Part shown: piece after piece, positions 9,713 to 21,500 of the stretch
Layout of the letters: each line of letters opens with the position of its first letter
How positions within the stretch are numbered: the stretch's first letter is position 1
IMG/VR virus record: IMGVR_UViG_3300029568_000166
Coordinates: 6,360-70,359 of that record
Length of the DNA: 64,000 nucleotides
Direction: 5' to 3' (one strand)
Source of the DNA: a virus
Translations under genes and position numbers: made by a program
The notes under the pieces: generated by a model
Told to the model about the DNA's origin: nothing
The model's database searches: none
What the model saw: only the letters and a program-made list of their open reading frames with translations

Positions 9713-11635
9713 GTGATGTATAACCCAACAATATCTTTTATGTACGACGGACTGGTCATAGAACCTGCTCCACAGATTAACATAACAAAAACCCCTATTT
9801 ATGTGGGTGCCGATGAGAATATGATTGGGTATACATATCAGGTTAATCTTAATGGACATGCTAGTTCAAATCTTCTGAGTGATCCACAAGTGCCAAGGAT
9901 GTCAAATTCTGTTTACAGAATGGATCAGATCAAGAATATATTGCATAGAAATGGTAAACAACTTAGTTTGTGGGATAATTGTAACAACAAACAATTTATT
10001 TTAGGGTTAGGTGGTAAACTTACCTCTTTTGATACACAGTCAGGAGATTGGTATAATTATATTCAGTATACTGCCACTCTGGAGTTTAACGAGCTTTTTA
10101 TCTATGGTGAATCAGTAAGCACATCAATTGGATTAGACACTGTTTCTGTACAAGATCCAGTTTTATACAATAGGATGCTTAAAATCAAAACATATGACGA
10201 CAATTGGAATTTTACGATACCAGAAGAAGAGGCATATAGATACTATAGCAGGCTCGCGAATGTTGATTCTGTTGGCAATGGATCTATAGCCTATTCAGCT
10301 GAAGACTATACTCAAATTAATGTTTCTTATACCATTAATGCGACAGGTAAACATTATTATGGAATAGACAATACTACCAAAGCAGCATGGGAAGCGGCTA
10401 AAGATTTTGTTCAGTATAAACTCTACCATCAAATAGCTATGTTCAGAAATGGTTATCCTTTATCGGAAACAAATTTTGCTAATACTTCTTATAATAGCAA
10501 TGAGTATGGCAACCAAATGAATCAGGCTATTACCTCTAACGTTCAGTTTCAACAAGTACCAGTAGTTCCTCCTATATTAGACCAAAGTATTGTTGATAGA
10601 TATGCTATCTATAATGAAACCATTGATTGCTCAACATCAGAGACGGCAGGCACCTTCACTGCAACATATAATTGCGTTCTCAAAAGACACGATCCGTATA
10701 TCGGTGCCCCGCAAAATTCTATTCATACCTTTCAGATGAGCTATAATCAAGAAAGATCTTTCAGACACATCAACAGGACGCTCAGCTTAACCGGTTCCGT
10801 TCAAGGATTGCTGCTTACAAATATTTTGGATACGTTTAATGACGGTCAAAGTTTTTATCTTCCTATGCAGGGTGTTTTCTATGGAGTAAGTTCTGATACT
10901 GTAAGTAAATATGGCAATGCTTATGAGGATTTTGTAACTTATATCATCAATGAACAACAAGACGATGTGCAAGATGGTTTTAAGTATGTTTTGGGTATCA
11001 ATTACTCTAATTTATTTCCAGGTAGCGACCCTGATCTTCCTTGCGTGCGAGATCAAGGCTATCAGTTTCTCTATCAAATTTTAGCAAAACCTAAAAACCT
11101 TAATGTTAATCATAACTACGGTAATGGGAGCATAGAATATAGTGCGACGTATGACACAGAGAGGGCGTGCGCTCAAGAAAGAGGCTTTCAAACTATGACT
11201 ATAACAGAGGACGATAGTTTACCTCTTTATAGTGAACACACTGTGATAGGACGCCAGAGAGGTGCGTTGATACAAGACTTAAATACGAACAAAAACAAAG
11301 AAATCACAATAGCATTTCAGGGCGTTACGAACAAAACTTGTGCCTCTGGTAATCCTTTTAGCATTAGACCCAGCGATTTGTCTGACCCTAATTTCACAGG
11401 ACTACATCCAGACGTATGTGATACAGACACATACTTGTCATTTCCGACTACTGTTGAAATGATTTATTTTCAAACAGAACGAGAAGCCGATCTTAGAGGT
11501 CGTCCTCTAATTACTAAAAGCTACACAAGAACCTACAATCCAGCAGACGGTTCTTTTAACGTGTCGAAAACCTACTTGGTAACACCAGACCCACCGACGA
11601 ACGACGTTTGCGTGGAAGCACAGGAAGAACAGTAA
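9713..11635 (+). CDS. Putative virion tail/baseplate protein (640 aa), paralog of next gene
   Basis: Directly after the TMP; beta-rich, aromatic/Thr-rich. Shares collinear blocks with 11667..13688 (YTINATGK/YSITATGK; AWEAAKDFV/AWEHAKRFV; SETAGTFTATYN/SESAGTFSATYN; GSIEYSATYDT/GTVTYSATYDT). Confidence 0.65.
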   Translation: MMYNPTISFMYDGLVIEPAPQINITKTPIYVGADENMIGYTYQVNLNGHASSNLLSDPQVPRMSNSVYRMDQIKNILHRNGKQLSLWDNCNNKQFILGLGGKLTSFDTQSGDWYNYIQYTATLEFNELFIYGESVSTSIGLDTVSVQDPVLYNRMLKIKTYDDNWNFTIPEEEAYRYYSRLANVDSVGNGSIAYSAEDYTQINVSYTINATGKHYYGIDNTTKAAWEAAKDFVQYKLYHQIAMFRNGYPLSETNFANTSYNSNEYGNQMNQAITSNVQFQQVPVVPPILDQSIVDRYAIYNETIDCSTSETAGTFTATYNCVLKRHDPYIGAPQNSIHTFQMSYNQERSFRHINRTLSLTGSVQGLLLTNILDTFNDGQSFYLPMQGVFYGVSSDTVSKYGNAYEDFVTYIINEQQDDVQDGFKYVLGINYSNLFPGSDPDLPCVRDQGYQFLYQILAKPKNLNVNHNYGNGSIEYSATYDTERACAQERGFQTMTITEDDSLPLYSEHTVIGRQRGALIQDLNTNKNKEITIAFQGVTNKTCASGNPFSIRPSDLSDPNFTGLHPDVCDTDTYLSFPTTVEMIYFQTEREADLRGRPLITKSYTRTYNPADGSFNVSKTYLVTPDPPTNDVCVEAQEEQ

Positions 11636-11666
11636 TAGTAATGATTAAAAAGAAAGGATTAAAGTC

Positions 11667-13688
11667 GTGGAACCAATACTAAGGATGTACTATAATGGTA
11701 ATCTCATAAGACCAATGCCAAGGATGTCATATAGCACAGAAGCTCTATATCAGAACGATATAGTTGCGGGTTTTTTGCACAAAATAACACTTGAAGGCCA
11801 GATGTTGACCAGCGACTTTAATGGTGGTGGGTCTTTAGGTGCTTCTTCTGCAATGCAATATTTGAATGATGTTTTTTCTTCTAATGGACATCTTTTGGAA
11901 ATTGATGAGATCGGATTTAAAGGAATGCAACCTATACTATTAGCTAACGATATAATAGTTAGAAGTATTTCATTTAATGAGTCTCCAAACAATTGGACTC
12001 AATATATAAACTATACTGTTGAATTAGAAAGCATGAACTTGTTAACAGGTCAAGACCTAACTGAAACACTTGAGATGATTAGACAAGGATCTACAGACGC
12101 AAGAATTATAGCTAATATGGATAGTCCATTTATGGTTAACATGGATAGTTACCATATAAAAGACTGGAACGAACAATTTGATATACAAACAGGAGAGAAT
12201 CAAATTACAAGGACCACTATAGCTGAAAGAAAATTTAATTATGGAGAAGACATAGAATCTACTCCGATTGATATTGTTACTACTATGGGAGGAGAATATT
12301 TTACTATTACATACAGCATAACAGCTACAGGTAAACAGAAAATCTTTAAGACTCCTGCCAACAATTTTAACAGCAATGAGGCCAAGGTTCTACCTGCTTG
12401 GGAACATGCTAAAAGGTTTGTTCATACAACACTGATAAATAAAATGAGTGGTTTGTTTGTAAATTTCCTCAGTATGAACGGTAATGTAACCAGAGAAAAC
12501 CTTGGCGCTCAGAATGGCAACGGAGCATTTGGCTCATTCATGGATAATCATAGTGATAATAATTTCAGCTATCCTAGCTATGGACTATACAATGAGCATG
12601 TTTCATTTGATGTATCAGAATCAGCTGGCACTTTTTCTGCAACATACAATGCTATTATTAAGAGGCATTGCCCGACCGAATTGACTAATGGCCAATATGA
12701 AGAGAATCCTGCTGGTGATCCTAGTGAGTCTAGAGATGATATGTCAGCAATTTACACATATGATACTGATTATGTTTATCCTTGCTACGATCATGTTTTG
12801 CATACAGTTACCAAAACAGTGGACAAAACCTACGAAGCTAACGAATATCCTACAATAGCTAATGTTACAAATTCTATTACTATAAATGGAACTATTACAG
12901 GTTTAGTTCCTGGGGGAATTATGAACCCTCAATCCAGGATCAAAATCAACAGCTTACCAACAGGATCATTCTTGTGCTATAATACAGATATAACTCATCC
13001 TAACACTGGAGATATTGGTGGAGTAGATAAAAGTTATCATGCTAATATTGCTTTTGATAGAATTTTTGACTATAATAGATATGACTTGAGAAATAAGTTT
13101 AAATATTTACTTGGTGTAACTCCTTATGCTCTTGGTGTTAGTCCTACAGCAACTATGCGGCCTAGCTCCATGAACATAACAAGAGATTTGATGTCAGGAA
13201 CAGTAACCTATTCTGCTACATATGACACAAAATACAATTGTGACCCAAATAATTTTGAGATAAATGTTAGCACAAACGAATCTGTTCCAGTAATGGGCGA
13301 GTTTGTTATTCCCAATAATAACACTAGAGATATAAATGGGGATGTTTGTGAAACAGGACTAGGATTCAGCGCAATACAGCTATTAGGTACTTTTACTCCA
13401 AAAACTATTGATGTTAGCATTAACGCTAGTGTTTCTGCTGATTTCAATAAATGTTGCTTGGGTACTAGTGAAAATTGGAACTTATTTGATTACGACTTTT
13501 TACGCATGGAAGGATTTATATTGCCTAGTGGAATGAATATACCGTATGTATCCGATAAATATGTTCTTACTAAACAGACTAAATCTGTTTCATATCCTGC
13601 TGGAGATATGAGCTTCAGTCTTTCTTATGTGTGCGCTGATATTTGTGAAATAAGAGGCTACTTCACTGACACACCTAACGGGAATTGA
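11667..13688 (+). CDS. Putative virion tail/baseplate protein (673 aa), paralog of previous gene
   Basis: Long ORF, AAGGA RBS before a GTG start, same shared blocks as above. Confidence 0.65.
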   Translation: MEPILRMYYNGNLIRPMPRMSYSTEALYQNDIVAGFLHKITLEGQMLTSDFNGGGSLGASSAMQYLNDVFSSNGHLLEIDEIGFKGMQPILLANDIIVRSISFNESPNNWTQYINYTVELESMNLLTGQDLTETLEMIRQGSTDARIIANMDSPFMVNMDSYHIKDWNEQFDIQTGENQITRTTIAERKFNYGEDIESTPIDIVTTMGGEYFTITYSITATGKQKIFKTPANNFNSNEAKVLPAWEHAKRFVHTTLINKMSGLFVNFLSMNGNVTRENLGAQNGNGAFGSFMDNHSDNNFSYPSYGLYNEHVSFDVSESAGTFSATYNAIIKRHCPTELTNGQYEENPAGDPSESRDDMSAIYTYDTDYVYPCYDHVLHTVTKTVDKTYEANEYPTIANVTNSITINGTITGLVPGGIMNPQSRIKINSLPTGSFLCYNTDITHPNTGDIGGVDKSYHANIAFDRIFDYNRYDLRNKFKYLLGVTPYALGVSPTATMRPSSMNITRDLMSGTVTYSATYDTKYNCDPNNFEINVSTNESVPVMGEFVIPNNNTRDINGDVCETGLGFSAIQLLGTFTPKTIDVSINASVSADFNKCCLGTSENWNLFDYDFLRMEGFILPSGMNIPYVSDKYVLTKQTKSVSYPAGDMSFSLSYVCADICEIRGYFTDTPNGN

Positions 13689-13700
13689 TAGGGAAAAGAC

Positions 13701-16700
13701 ATGGCTATTAATCATAACGTTATTTCTGGAAGAATCTACGGTCCTGGACCTCAAGGTGAAATTATAGGTGGCTTTGATCCTAATGGAATAAAGACAGTTA
13801 AACCTTTGACTTTTCTTGGTGGTACAGTATTGAGTTTTAATGCTACTCTTGGTATCGGTCCTTTGGAGGAAAGCTCTTTGAGTTTAGAGCTATTGAACGA
13901 TTGCAAGGTTGAGTCTACACCCGGAGAACCTCTAGGCGATTATTTCCTCGGTCCTGGTAATATTGGCTCTCCAGTATTTTTTGATCTTGGTGAAGCTACT
14001 ACATTTCATCCTACTAAACCACAATACGAACAAGGCCTTAGAGATGGCGAGGAGTATTTTAAGTTTGGCGGAATTTTGCAGTCGTATACCGCTAATCAAA
14101 GCTCTTCAGGTTTGACTTTTAGTGCTAGAGTAATAGATCCAAGATCTCTACTTGCTGGGGTAAATATTGTTTTAAGTAGCACACTGACCGGTCCTGTAAA
14201 ACACAGGAACTATTACAACGTTTACGCTTATTATGAACGAGGTGTTCTTCGTCCGGAACTGAGGGAATTACAACCAGAAGACGGTTATCTTCTGGCTCAT
14301 TCTCGCGGAACTGATGGGCCTGTTCCTTTTTACAGCGGGGAAATAGACCAAGCTACGGACCCATCAGTAGACTGTTCTGTTTTTGGCGCTGCTCATAGTA
14401 ATGATCAGGGTATGCTTTATTTTAAGATTAAGCAGGCTCTTGAAAATATGAACCTAATGTGTTTTTCCCCTAATTATGGAGAAGAACACGATCCTGAGTT
14501 GGCAGGCAGAGACCTTACTGTTGCCACCTTAGAAGCAAACATGAGACATGAAAAAAATGTTTTTAAGGTAGACATCAGCGAACTACCGGATCCTCCGGAC
14601 GCTCCATTATATTTCAGAATACCTGGTCCGAATATCACACTGCTTGATTTTATTAGTACAGTATGTGAATCTACTGGTCACATTTTTCATGTTGAATTGA
14701 TAGAGTCTCCTCCTCAAGATCTGCACGTAATTAAAATTAGAGTGGCAGATATTAAAGACATCAACAATCAAGACTTTAAAAAAGAAATTATTACATACAA
14801 TGGAAAAGCAACTGATTTAACGTATGGTAAAGAGTTAAGCACAGACAATACTAGGACTTTGATGGTTGGTGAGCAGAAACACCAGATGATCGAAACTGTT
14901 AAACTATCTCCTTTTTTTGGAGAAGACAAAAATGGAGATCCAATTATACCGATCAGTGGATCGGAAGAGGTTGATGCTTCTGGGTCCACTTGTGGTTGGT
15001 CTATAGAAATAGATCTTGATGACCTTAACTACGATTTGAGATGTCCTTTGTATGATTATAGTACAACCGAAGAACCTGATAGAGATACCCAAATTGTTCG
15101 CAGGAAAGTTAGGTTAACAGAATATCATCTAAGAGTAGCTGGTTCCTCATTGGAAACATGGAAAAAATACGTTTTCAATCCTTGGAATCCAGAAGATTTT
15201 TCCAAGGTTATCAGAAGAAATTTTCCGGATCTTACCACCGACTTTCTGCATGACATATACTCAAACCTAAAAAAAAGCCAAGAGCTTACAGAAGAGCTGC
15301 TTGCAGAGCCTTCTGATTCTAGCGATAGCAATAGTAGCACCACCGGGCAAGGAGCCCCTCCAGAACACACTGCCGAAGCAGCAGCTATGAGCATGGCTGA
15401 TCAGATAGCAAATTGGAACGGCAGGATGATGGAGGCTCTTGACGCTAGAAGATCAAGAAGCATAGAAGATGTTTATAACTACATATCAGGAATTAGTAGA
15501 ACATACTACGGAAAACAGTATGTAGCTATCATCTCTCAACATCTATGTGTTAATAATCCTGCTTATGTTGATTTAGCTTATGTTGATTCTAGTGGGATTA
15601 ATGTAGAATCTTCTATTACAATATATAATGACCCTTGCTCTTCTGGTACAGATGGTACCACTGTTCTTAACAATAAAATATGGGCACCAAAACAATATAG
15701 TCACACACCAACAAACGATGGCGCTTGGATAGAAAGATGCGGCTCTGTACTGGGTCTGGGCAGTCAGTCTGGTGAGCAGATTTATCTTGATTTCTTTAGA
15801 ACTGACGATGGAAGAGTACAACCTTTAGCTAGGTTTGATTCTCAAGTGGTAGCCACACTTAGAGGAACAGAGACCATAATTGATGATGGACCAAGAGAAG
15901 GCAACGGTAACCTTAGTGTTGCATCAATAGTTGGAGGATTGTTTGAAAGTGGATCCTTTAAAGAAAACGCATCAGAAGATGAATTAGGTTTACTATTTGC
16001 TTCCGGTGTTTGTGGAGACTTGGATACTCATAATTGGTCACGAGACTCTTTTATTAAACTAAATGAAAGCGGTACTTGTCCTCCTCCCACTAGTGGAATA
16101 GACCCAATAGCAGGCCTAGACCTGCCCGCAACAGTATACAGTAAATGTTCTGTTGGAGAAAAAATTTATTTGGGTAGCGGATGTGCTGAATACACTGAAA
16201 TTGTTAGAAATAGAGTTGCCAAAGAAGGGATTAACGAGTGCTGTGGAAAATGGCAAAATTGGAACGACACAGCGCCCTGCTACACAGAGATGGATATTCT
16301 TTTAGAGGAACAAGAAGAAGATTGTTATGAGTTTGAAGAGATAGAAGTAACTAAAGAGTCTTGTGCTGTTGCTTATGTTCCAATCATTTTTAGTGATGGC
16401 TGTTTTACTAAGTATTGCGAAGACATGGAACTTATGGAGTCTGCGGCGGCAGAAATGGAACATCTGCTTGCCCATGCTACTAACTCTGGTATAGAAACGT
16501 CAGGAGGATTATCTTATGATCCGTATAGTGGGCAATTAGTAACTAAAGGAGGAGTCTATATTCCTACGACTCCTAGATTTTGTTATGCTCCGAATCCAAC
16601 AGGTATCGCTATAATTGCTAGTGCTCTTGATTTTAATAGCCACAACAACCAAAAAATTCTTCCTACAGCCTTTGTGCCAACCGCTGTTGCTATTCCTGTT

Positions 16701-18587
16701 AGAAGCAATATAGAAACTTATGGTCCTTGGAAAAGCAAAAATTTTCAATCCAGTGCTGGAGGAGTAGAGGTTGTACAGGACACCGAGTTTAACCCTTGGG
16801 TTTTTGATTCTGTTTCGGCCATGAATACATTTGCTAGAGAATACATGAATGACCGAGCTTTCAATAAGAGCGAAATCGAGACAGGCAGCGTTACTATCCC
16901 AATATTTCCTGAAAAACCTCTTGGTTTTATCGAAAATGGTCCAAATTTAACCAATATTAATGTTAGCGTGGGTTCTAATGGTGTTACTACTACATACTCA
17001 TACAGGACCTATACGCCAAAATTCGGTGGACTCAAATCATTAGAGAAGAGAGCCTTAAAAGACAATATATCTTTGATCCAAAAAGTTAGAAGACTAGCCC
17101 GAGAAAAACAGAGAAAAATAGACACAATCAATAGAAGGACCGGTCAAGGCTCAAATGTAGATGTTTCGCCAAAGCTAAACCCAGGATTAAAAGAACAGGG
17201 AACACTGCAAAGAATTCTTGTCGGAGAATCATATCCTTTTAGTATTATTGTCGCTCCTACCGGCGAGGGATTACCGATTTCTTCTGGATGGGAAATAGTA
17301 AGTACAGGAGACAGGACAGTAGTAGGTACCGAAACTCTACAAAAGAGTGTGGTAGAATTAACATACAACTACAGGAAAAAGGCTTTCATGAGTTGGGACG
17401 GACTTATAAGTCCGGTTGCTAATTCAAGACCATCAGGAGCAGATCACCATCTTCCAATTTATGCACATTATTCTGGTGGTTCAGGACAATCAGAGGCTAG
17501 TTACAACGCCCCCAATCCTCCTGTTCGTGTTACATCTACAGACAATCAAGCAGAATCCTACAAGCTTAATGACTTAGCAATTAACAGAGAATATCTCGAT
17601 CCTCTGCATAATCATTTTACAAGTGGTGAGCACCACCATCCTGCTGATGGAGCAGGACATAACATAGATGTTGTTGGTAGGGGTAGCGGCGCTCCTGATA
17701 GCGGCGTTATTATGAATTTTTATGGGCAAAGCAAATGGGACGAAAGATATTCTGATGAATATAGATTCTTAGGACTTAGAGGCCCACTAGTATTACATCA
17801 ATGGGGTTATGACACTCAAGGTAAACCAATACCTAACGCAATAGATGATGAAAATTTAATCCGACAAAGTGGAATATTTAGAACATCTAGACCATCTGCA
17901 GACCCTAGTGGTTATCCGTATATAGAAGGCACTGGATTATCTGATTACTTTATGAGAGATTGGCTACAGAAGCCTTCATCTTGGCCTGTTGCGCCTGTTG
18001 ACCTTAGATTTGATAGGAAAAGAGGTGTTTGGGTTAGTCCTCCAGATTATAAGATAGTGGTTGTTGAAGGTGTAGACGCTGTAGAGCCTTATTCTAGCGG
18101 TGAAGCTTTTTTGGTTAATTCAAAAGACGGGAGAGAATATAGCGAAAAAATCTATGACAAACAAGGAAACGTTGTTGAAACAGATAAAGCGAGAGTTACA
18201 GTTGAAGATAGAATAGGATCAAGCTTCGGAGGTGGAGAAAAATCCTATGCTTATTTTGACAGTTTCACTTCTACTTATCTTTTAATGGGAGGAAATCCAG
18301 GCATACAAATAGGTAAGTTTTGCAATCAGTGGCCATCTTTGTCTAATGTTAAAGATCCTCAGAATGCTGTTAAAGATGTTGTTATGTATAAAACAGAAGC
18401 TTGTGAAAACACGGACTGTCCTTGGAATTTGGTGCCTCAAACAAGTCTGGTTTCAGGTGTAGAAGTCCCCAGAACCGTAAAAGTTATCAATTTGTTCTCT
18501 AATGTTGCTGCTCATGAGTATCAAACAAAGTGGTGTGCATTTGTTAAGAACGGAACGTCGTATTTTCTATTAGCTGCGGAGTGTTAA
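13701..18587 (+). CDS. Large putative tail/baseplate hub protein (1628 aa)
   Basis: Long ORF in the tail operon after the TMP; no enzyme motif recognised. Function inferred from position. Confidence 0.55.
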   Translation: MAINHNVISGRIYGPGPQGEIIGGFDPNGIKTVKPLTFLGGTVLSFNATLGIGPLEESSLSLELLNDCKVESTPGEPLGDYFLGPGNIGSPVFFDLGEATTFHPTKPQYEQGLRDGEEYFKFGGILQSYTANQSSSGLTFSARVIDPRSLLAGVNIVLSSTLTGPVKHRNYYNVYAYYERGVLRPELRELQPEDGYLLAHSRGTDGPVPFYSGEIDQATDPSVDCSVFGAAHSNDQGMLYFKIKQALENMNLMCFSPNYGEEHDPELAGRDLTVATLEANMRHEKNVFKVDISELPDPPDAPLYFRIPGPNITLLDFISTVCESTGHIFHVELIESPPQDLHVIKIRVADIKDINNQDFKKEIITYNGKATDLTYGKELSTDNTRTLMVGEQKHQMIETVKLSPFFGEDKNGDPIIPISGSEEVDASGSTCGWSIEIDLDDLNYDLRCPLYDYSTTEEPDRDTQIVRRKVRLTEYHLRVAGSSLETWKKYVFNPWNPEDFSKVIRRNFPDLTTDFLHDIYSNLKKSQELTEELLAEPSDSSDSNSSTTGQGAPPEHTAEAAAMSMADQIANWNGRMMEALDARRSRSIEDVYNYISGISRTYYGKQYVAIISQHLCVNNPAYVDLAYVDSSGINVESSITIYNDPCSSGTDGTTVLNNKIWAPKQYSHTPTNDGAWIERCGSVLGLGSQSGEQIYLDFFRTDDGRVQPLARFDSQVVATLRGTETIIDDGPREGNGNLSVASIVGGLFESGSFKENASEDELGLLFASGVCGDLDTHNWSRDSFIKLNESGTCPPPTSGIDPIAGLDLPATVYSKCSVGEKIYLGSGCAEYTEIVRNRVAKEGINECCGKWQNWNDTAPCYTEMDILLEEQEEDCYEFEEIEVTKESCAVAYVPIIFSDGCFTKYCEDMELMESAAAEMEHLLAHATNSGIETSGGLSYDPYSGQLVTKGGVYIPTTPRFCYAPNPTGIAIIASALDFNSHNNQKILPTAFVPTAVAIPVRSNIETYGPWKSKNFQSSAGGVEVVQDTEFNPWVFDSVSAMNTFAREYMNDRAFNKSEIETGSVTIPIFPEKPLGFIENGPNLTNINVSVGSNGVTTTYSYRTYTPKFGGLKSLEKRALKDNISLIQKVRRLAREKQRKIDTINRRTGQGSNVDVSPKLNPGLKEQGTLQRILVGESYPFSIIVAPTGEGLPISSGWEIVSTGDRTVVGTETLQKSVVELTYNYRKKAFMSWDGLISPVANSRPSGADHHLPIYAHYSGGSGQSEASYNAPNPPVRVTSTDNQAESYKLNDLAINREYLDPLHNHFTSGEHHHPADGAGHNIDVVGRGSGAPDSGVIMNFYGQSKWDERYSDEYRFLGLRGPLVLHQWGYDTQGKPIPNAIDDENLIRQSGIFRTSRPSADPSGYPYIEGTGLSDYFMRDWLQKPSSWPVAPVDLRFDRKRGVWVSPPDYKIVVVEGVDAVEPYSSGEAFLVNSKDGREYSEKIYDKQGNVVETDKARVTVEDRIGSSFGGGEKSYAYFDSFTSTYLLMGGNPGIQIGKFCNQWPSLSNVKDPQNAVKDVVMYKTEACENTDCPWNLVPQTSLVSGVEVPRTVKVINLFSNVAAHEYQTKWCAFVKNGTSYFLLAAEC

Positions 18588-18588
18588 A

Positions 18589-21500
18589 ATGCTGGGCGGA
18601 AATCAGTTCAAGAATAATCTAGGAAATCAAATTATTATCAAATGCCATGAGTGTGGAGATACCAACTTGCGTTATGTTGGTGTAGCCAGAACAGATGGAC
18701 ATCCTTCTGGTTATGTTTGCGGAAATGGACACGAAACATGGGGTGGTGTGGACGAATTTATTGATAATGACAGATGGGGGCAAACAGATGTTGAACAGAC
18801 CAGAGTAAACGACTGTTGTTGCGAAAGCTTGGGGTGCGATTTACCCAAGAGCATCAAGGTTAATTTCAATGGACTCATAGGCGTACAAGCAAGAGAAAGC
18901 TGCGGACTTCAGATACCAGAAGATATCTCAACTAGGGTATACATGCCCTACTCTCATTGTGGTCCTTGTTGTGATGTTACCTATGATTCCAGTACGAATT
19001 CTGCCTGGTCTGTAGATTGTGGTTGCGATATTGTAACCGGCCCTTGTCATACTAGCGACAATACTGCTAATGCTAATCCGGTTTGTGTGTCTGATTCTAG
19101 GGTTGTTTACAGCGGTTGCCTATTAACTTCTGGTATTTATACCATAGAAACAGACAATGTTTCATTTTATTCAGATGTGCCTGCTGATCGTATATCAACA
19201 ACCGAAACTTGGGGAGACTCGCCTTTTACTGGGACTTGGATTGGACGGGGTGCTGCTTGTACAGATCATGGGGACTGCGGTACTTGTCCAGAACCAACAA
19301 TAACCCCAGGATTTTTTGCTGGCGGCTATCCATATAATTATGCCGCTCCTTTTTTTATTAGGGAAATACCAGGTGTTCTGGGTAATACTTGGCAGAACGA
19401 TGGTCACTCAATACGTTTTGTGGTACGAGAACAAACATATTTAAAATACAACGACCCATGCGATCACACAAAAGGTTGCTGCAGAGCATGGAAAAGAAGT
19501 TATTATATTGCTAGAAGAGACCATCCTACTACTGACCCAACAGGTAATAGTGGTTTTACCTGGACTATTAGTGACGAAGGTATAGGAACCAAAGTTGTTG
19601 AATGGAGCTGCGACGACCAGGATCAATCAGGGGGCTGTGCTGCTACATGGGAATCTCCTAATATTGATCTGAATGCTCTGGCTCAGACACTGTGCGACCT
19701 TAGCAACACCAATTTTGCTTGCACTAACTGCAATAACAGCGTTGGAGAAATCACCTATAATATCTGCGAAAATGAAGGAGCTAGAAGATTCTGGCCTTTT
19801 AGGGTTCCGTATTTTCATTCCACAAGCTTAAATGGCTATCAGCTTGTTAGGGAAAACGCAGGAGATTATCCTACTTACGGAGAGTGTAATTGTGCTGGTG
19901 CTGACTATGCAATCAGTCCATGTCCTGAAAATTTACAGCCAGGAGACCCTTTTGTTCCAGATTTTTGTACTCGTAGCATAACATACCCAACATGTCTTCA
20001 GCAAGGAACAGATTTTTGTAGAGATGTAGATGCCAGGTATAGAGTCGCTTGTGCTAATCCTACAGCCAGTTTTACAGGCAGTCTTATAGGAGAAGGCAAT
20101 AAAGATCTATTAAATTATAGATACAGTATTTCTCTTCAAGGTCTTAATGGTGCAGCACAGGGGGGAGATATAGATAGTGTTCGAGTTAATTTTAGTCCAA
20201 TATCAGAAGGCTATAGGTCTAGCACTTATGATTCTGGTGGAGAAACATGGTCATATCCTCTAAGCCCTAATGCTTTGTGTGTTAATGCTCACAGAATTGG
20301 CTATGTTTTACAGTTTGGTGATCCATCTCCGATAACTCCTGCTAATAATGCTTTCTGGAATAATCCTGGACATCCTTTGTATCCCGATGGAGGCGCAGTA
20401 GGCATTAGTAGAGCTACGATTGGTCAAATTTTTGAAAACAGTAAAACAATTGTTGAACAACCACATTGTTTAAGGAGAGTCAGAAATCCTAATCTTGCCT
20501 CTACATGGCCTTTTTATCAGGTTAACACTGCTGACGTAAGTGAGCAGACGATGATTCTGGATAGGTTCTATAAGACGAGTAATGATTTTGATTGGTTATG
20601 GAAAGACTATTTACTAGCAGAACCAGATGTTGCAGAACAAGCTTTTATCAACAGACAAGGAGACAGAGGAGTAGTAGATTTTCTGAATTCCCAACTGTTC
20701 CCCTATTCAATGATTTCTAGAAGTGGGTCGGTAGAAGAGCCAGAAATCGTAGCCATTATTCATAGCGAGAGTGGAGTTGGAGGACAGGTAGCATTTCAAA
20801 CCATACCAGTATCTTATGACACAGACGAATTGATTGATCCAACTGACGGCCTTGTTCCAGAAAAAGGATTCTGCCCATATAAAACCAGAGTAACGGCATA
20901 CGGATATGGTGTGATGTATCCTTTGATAGATGACCCTATTTGGTCAGAAGAAATAGATACCACAGATTGGTGGGATATTCCGTATGATCCTAACAACCCT
21001 ATTTTTGACACCACTACTATCAGAAGGTCTGCTTTTGAATATCCCGTATTTATTCCTGGTACAGGATATGCTATCGGAGATAAGATAGAGTTTAGATGTT
21101 GGAAATGCCTTGATGATGCTGCGGAAAGAGGAGCAAACCCAGGCGAACATGAGTCTATATGGGAAGAAGAATGCGTAGAATCTATCATTGCAACTGCAAC
21201 AATAACCGAGCTTAACGATGAGCGCAAACCTCCCAAGAAGGTTGAACAATCTATTTCTCAGGGCAAAATAACTGTAGCTATAGATGTTTCTGGAACAGAT
21301 AGATACTATGAAACCTACAAGCTTGGTGGAGCTGTAGCTACTGGCGGATTAGGATATGCGAGTGGTGACACCATAGATATCAGATTTGAAGACACAGACG
21401 GCTATGACGGAATAGTACATTATGAAGCATTCCCATCTTTAGAGGTGACCGAGGTTGATGATGACGGCGCTATAATTAACACAGAAATACTAGAGTCCGG

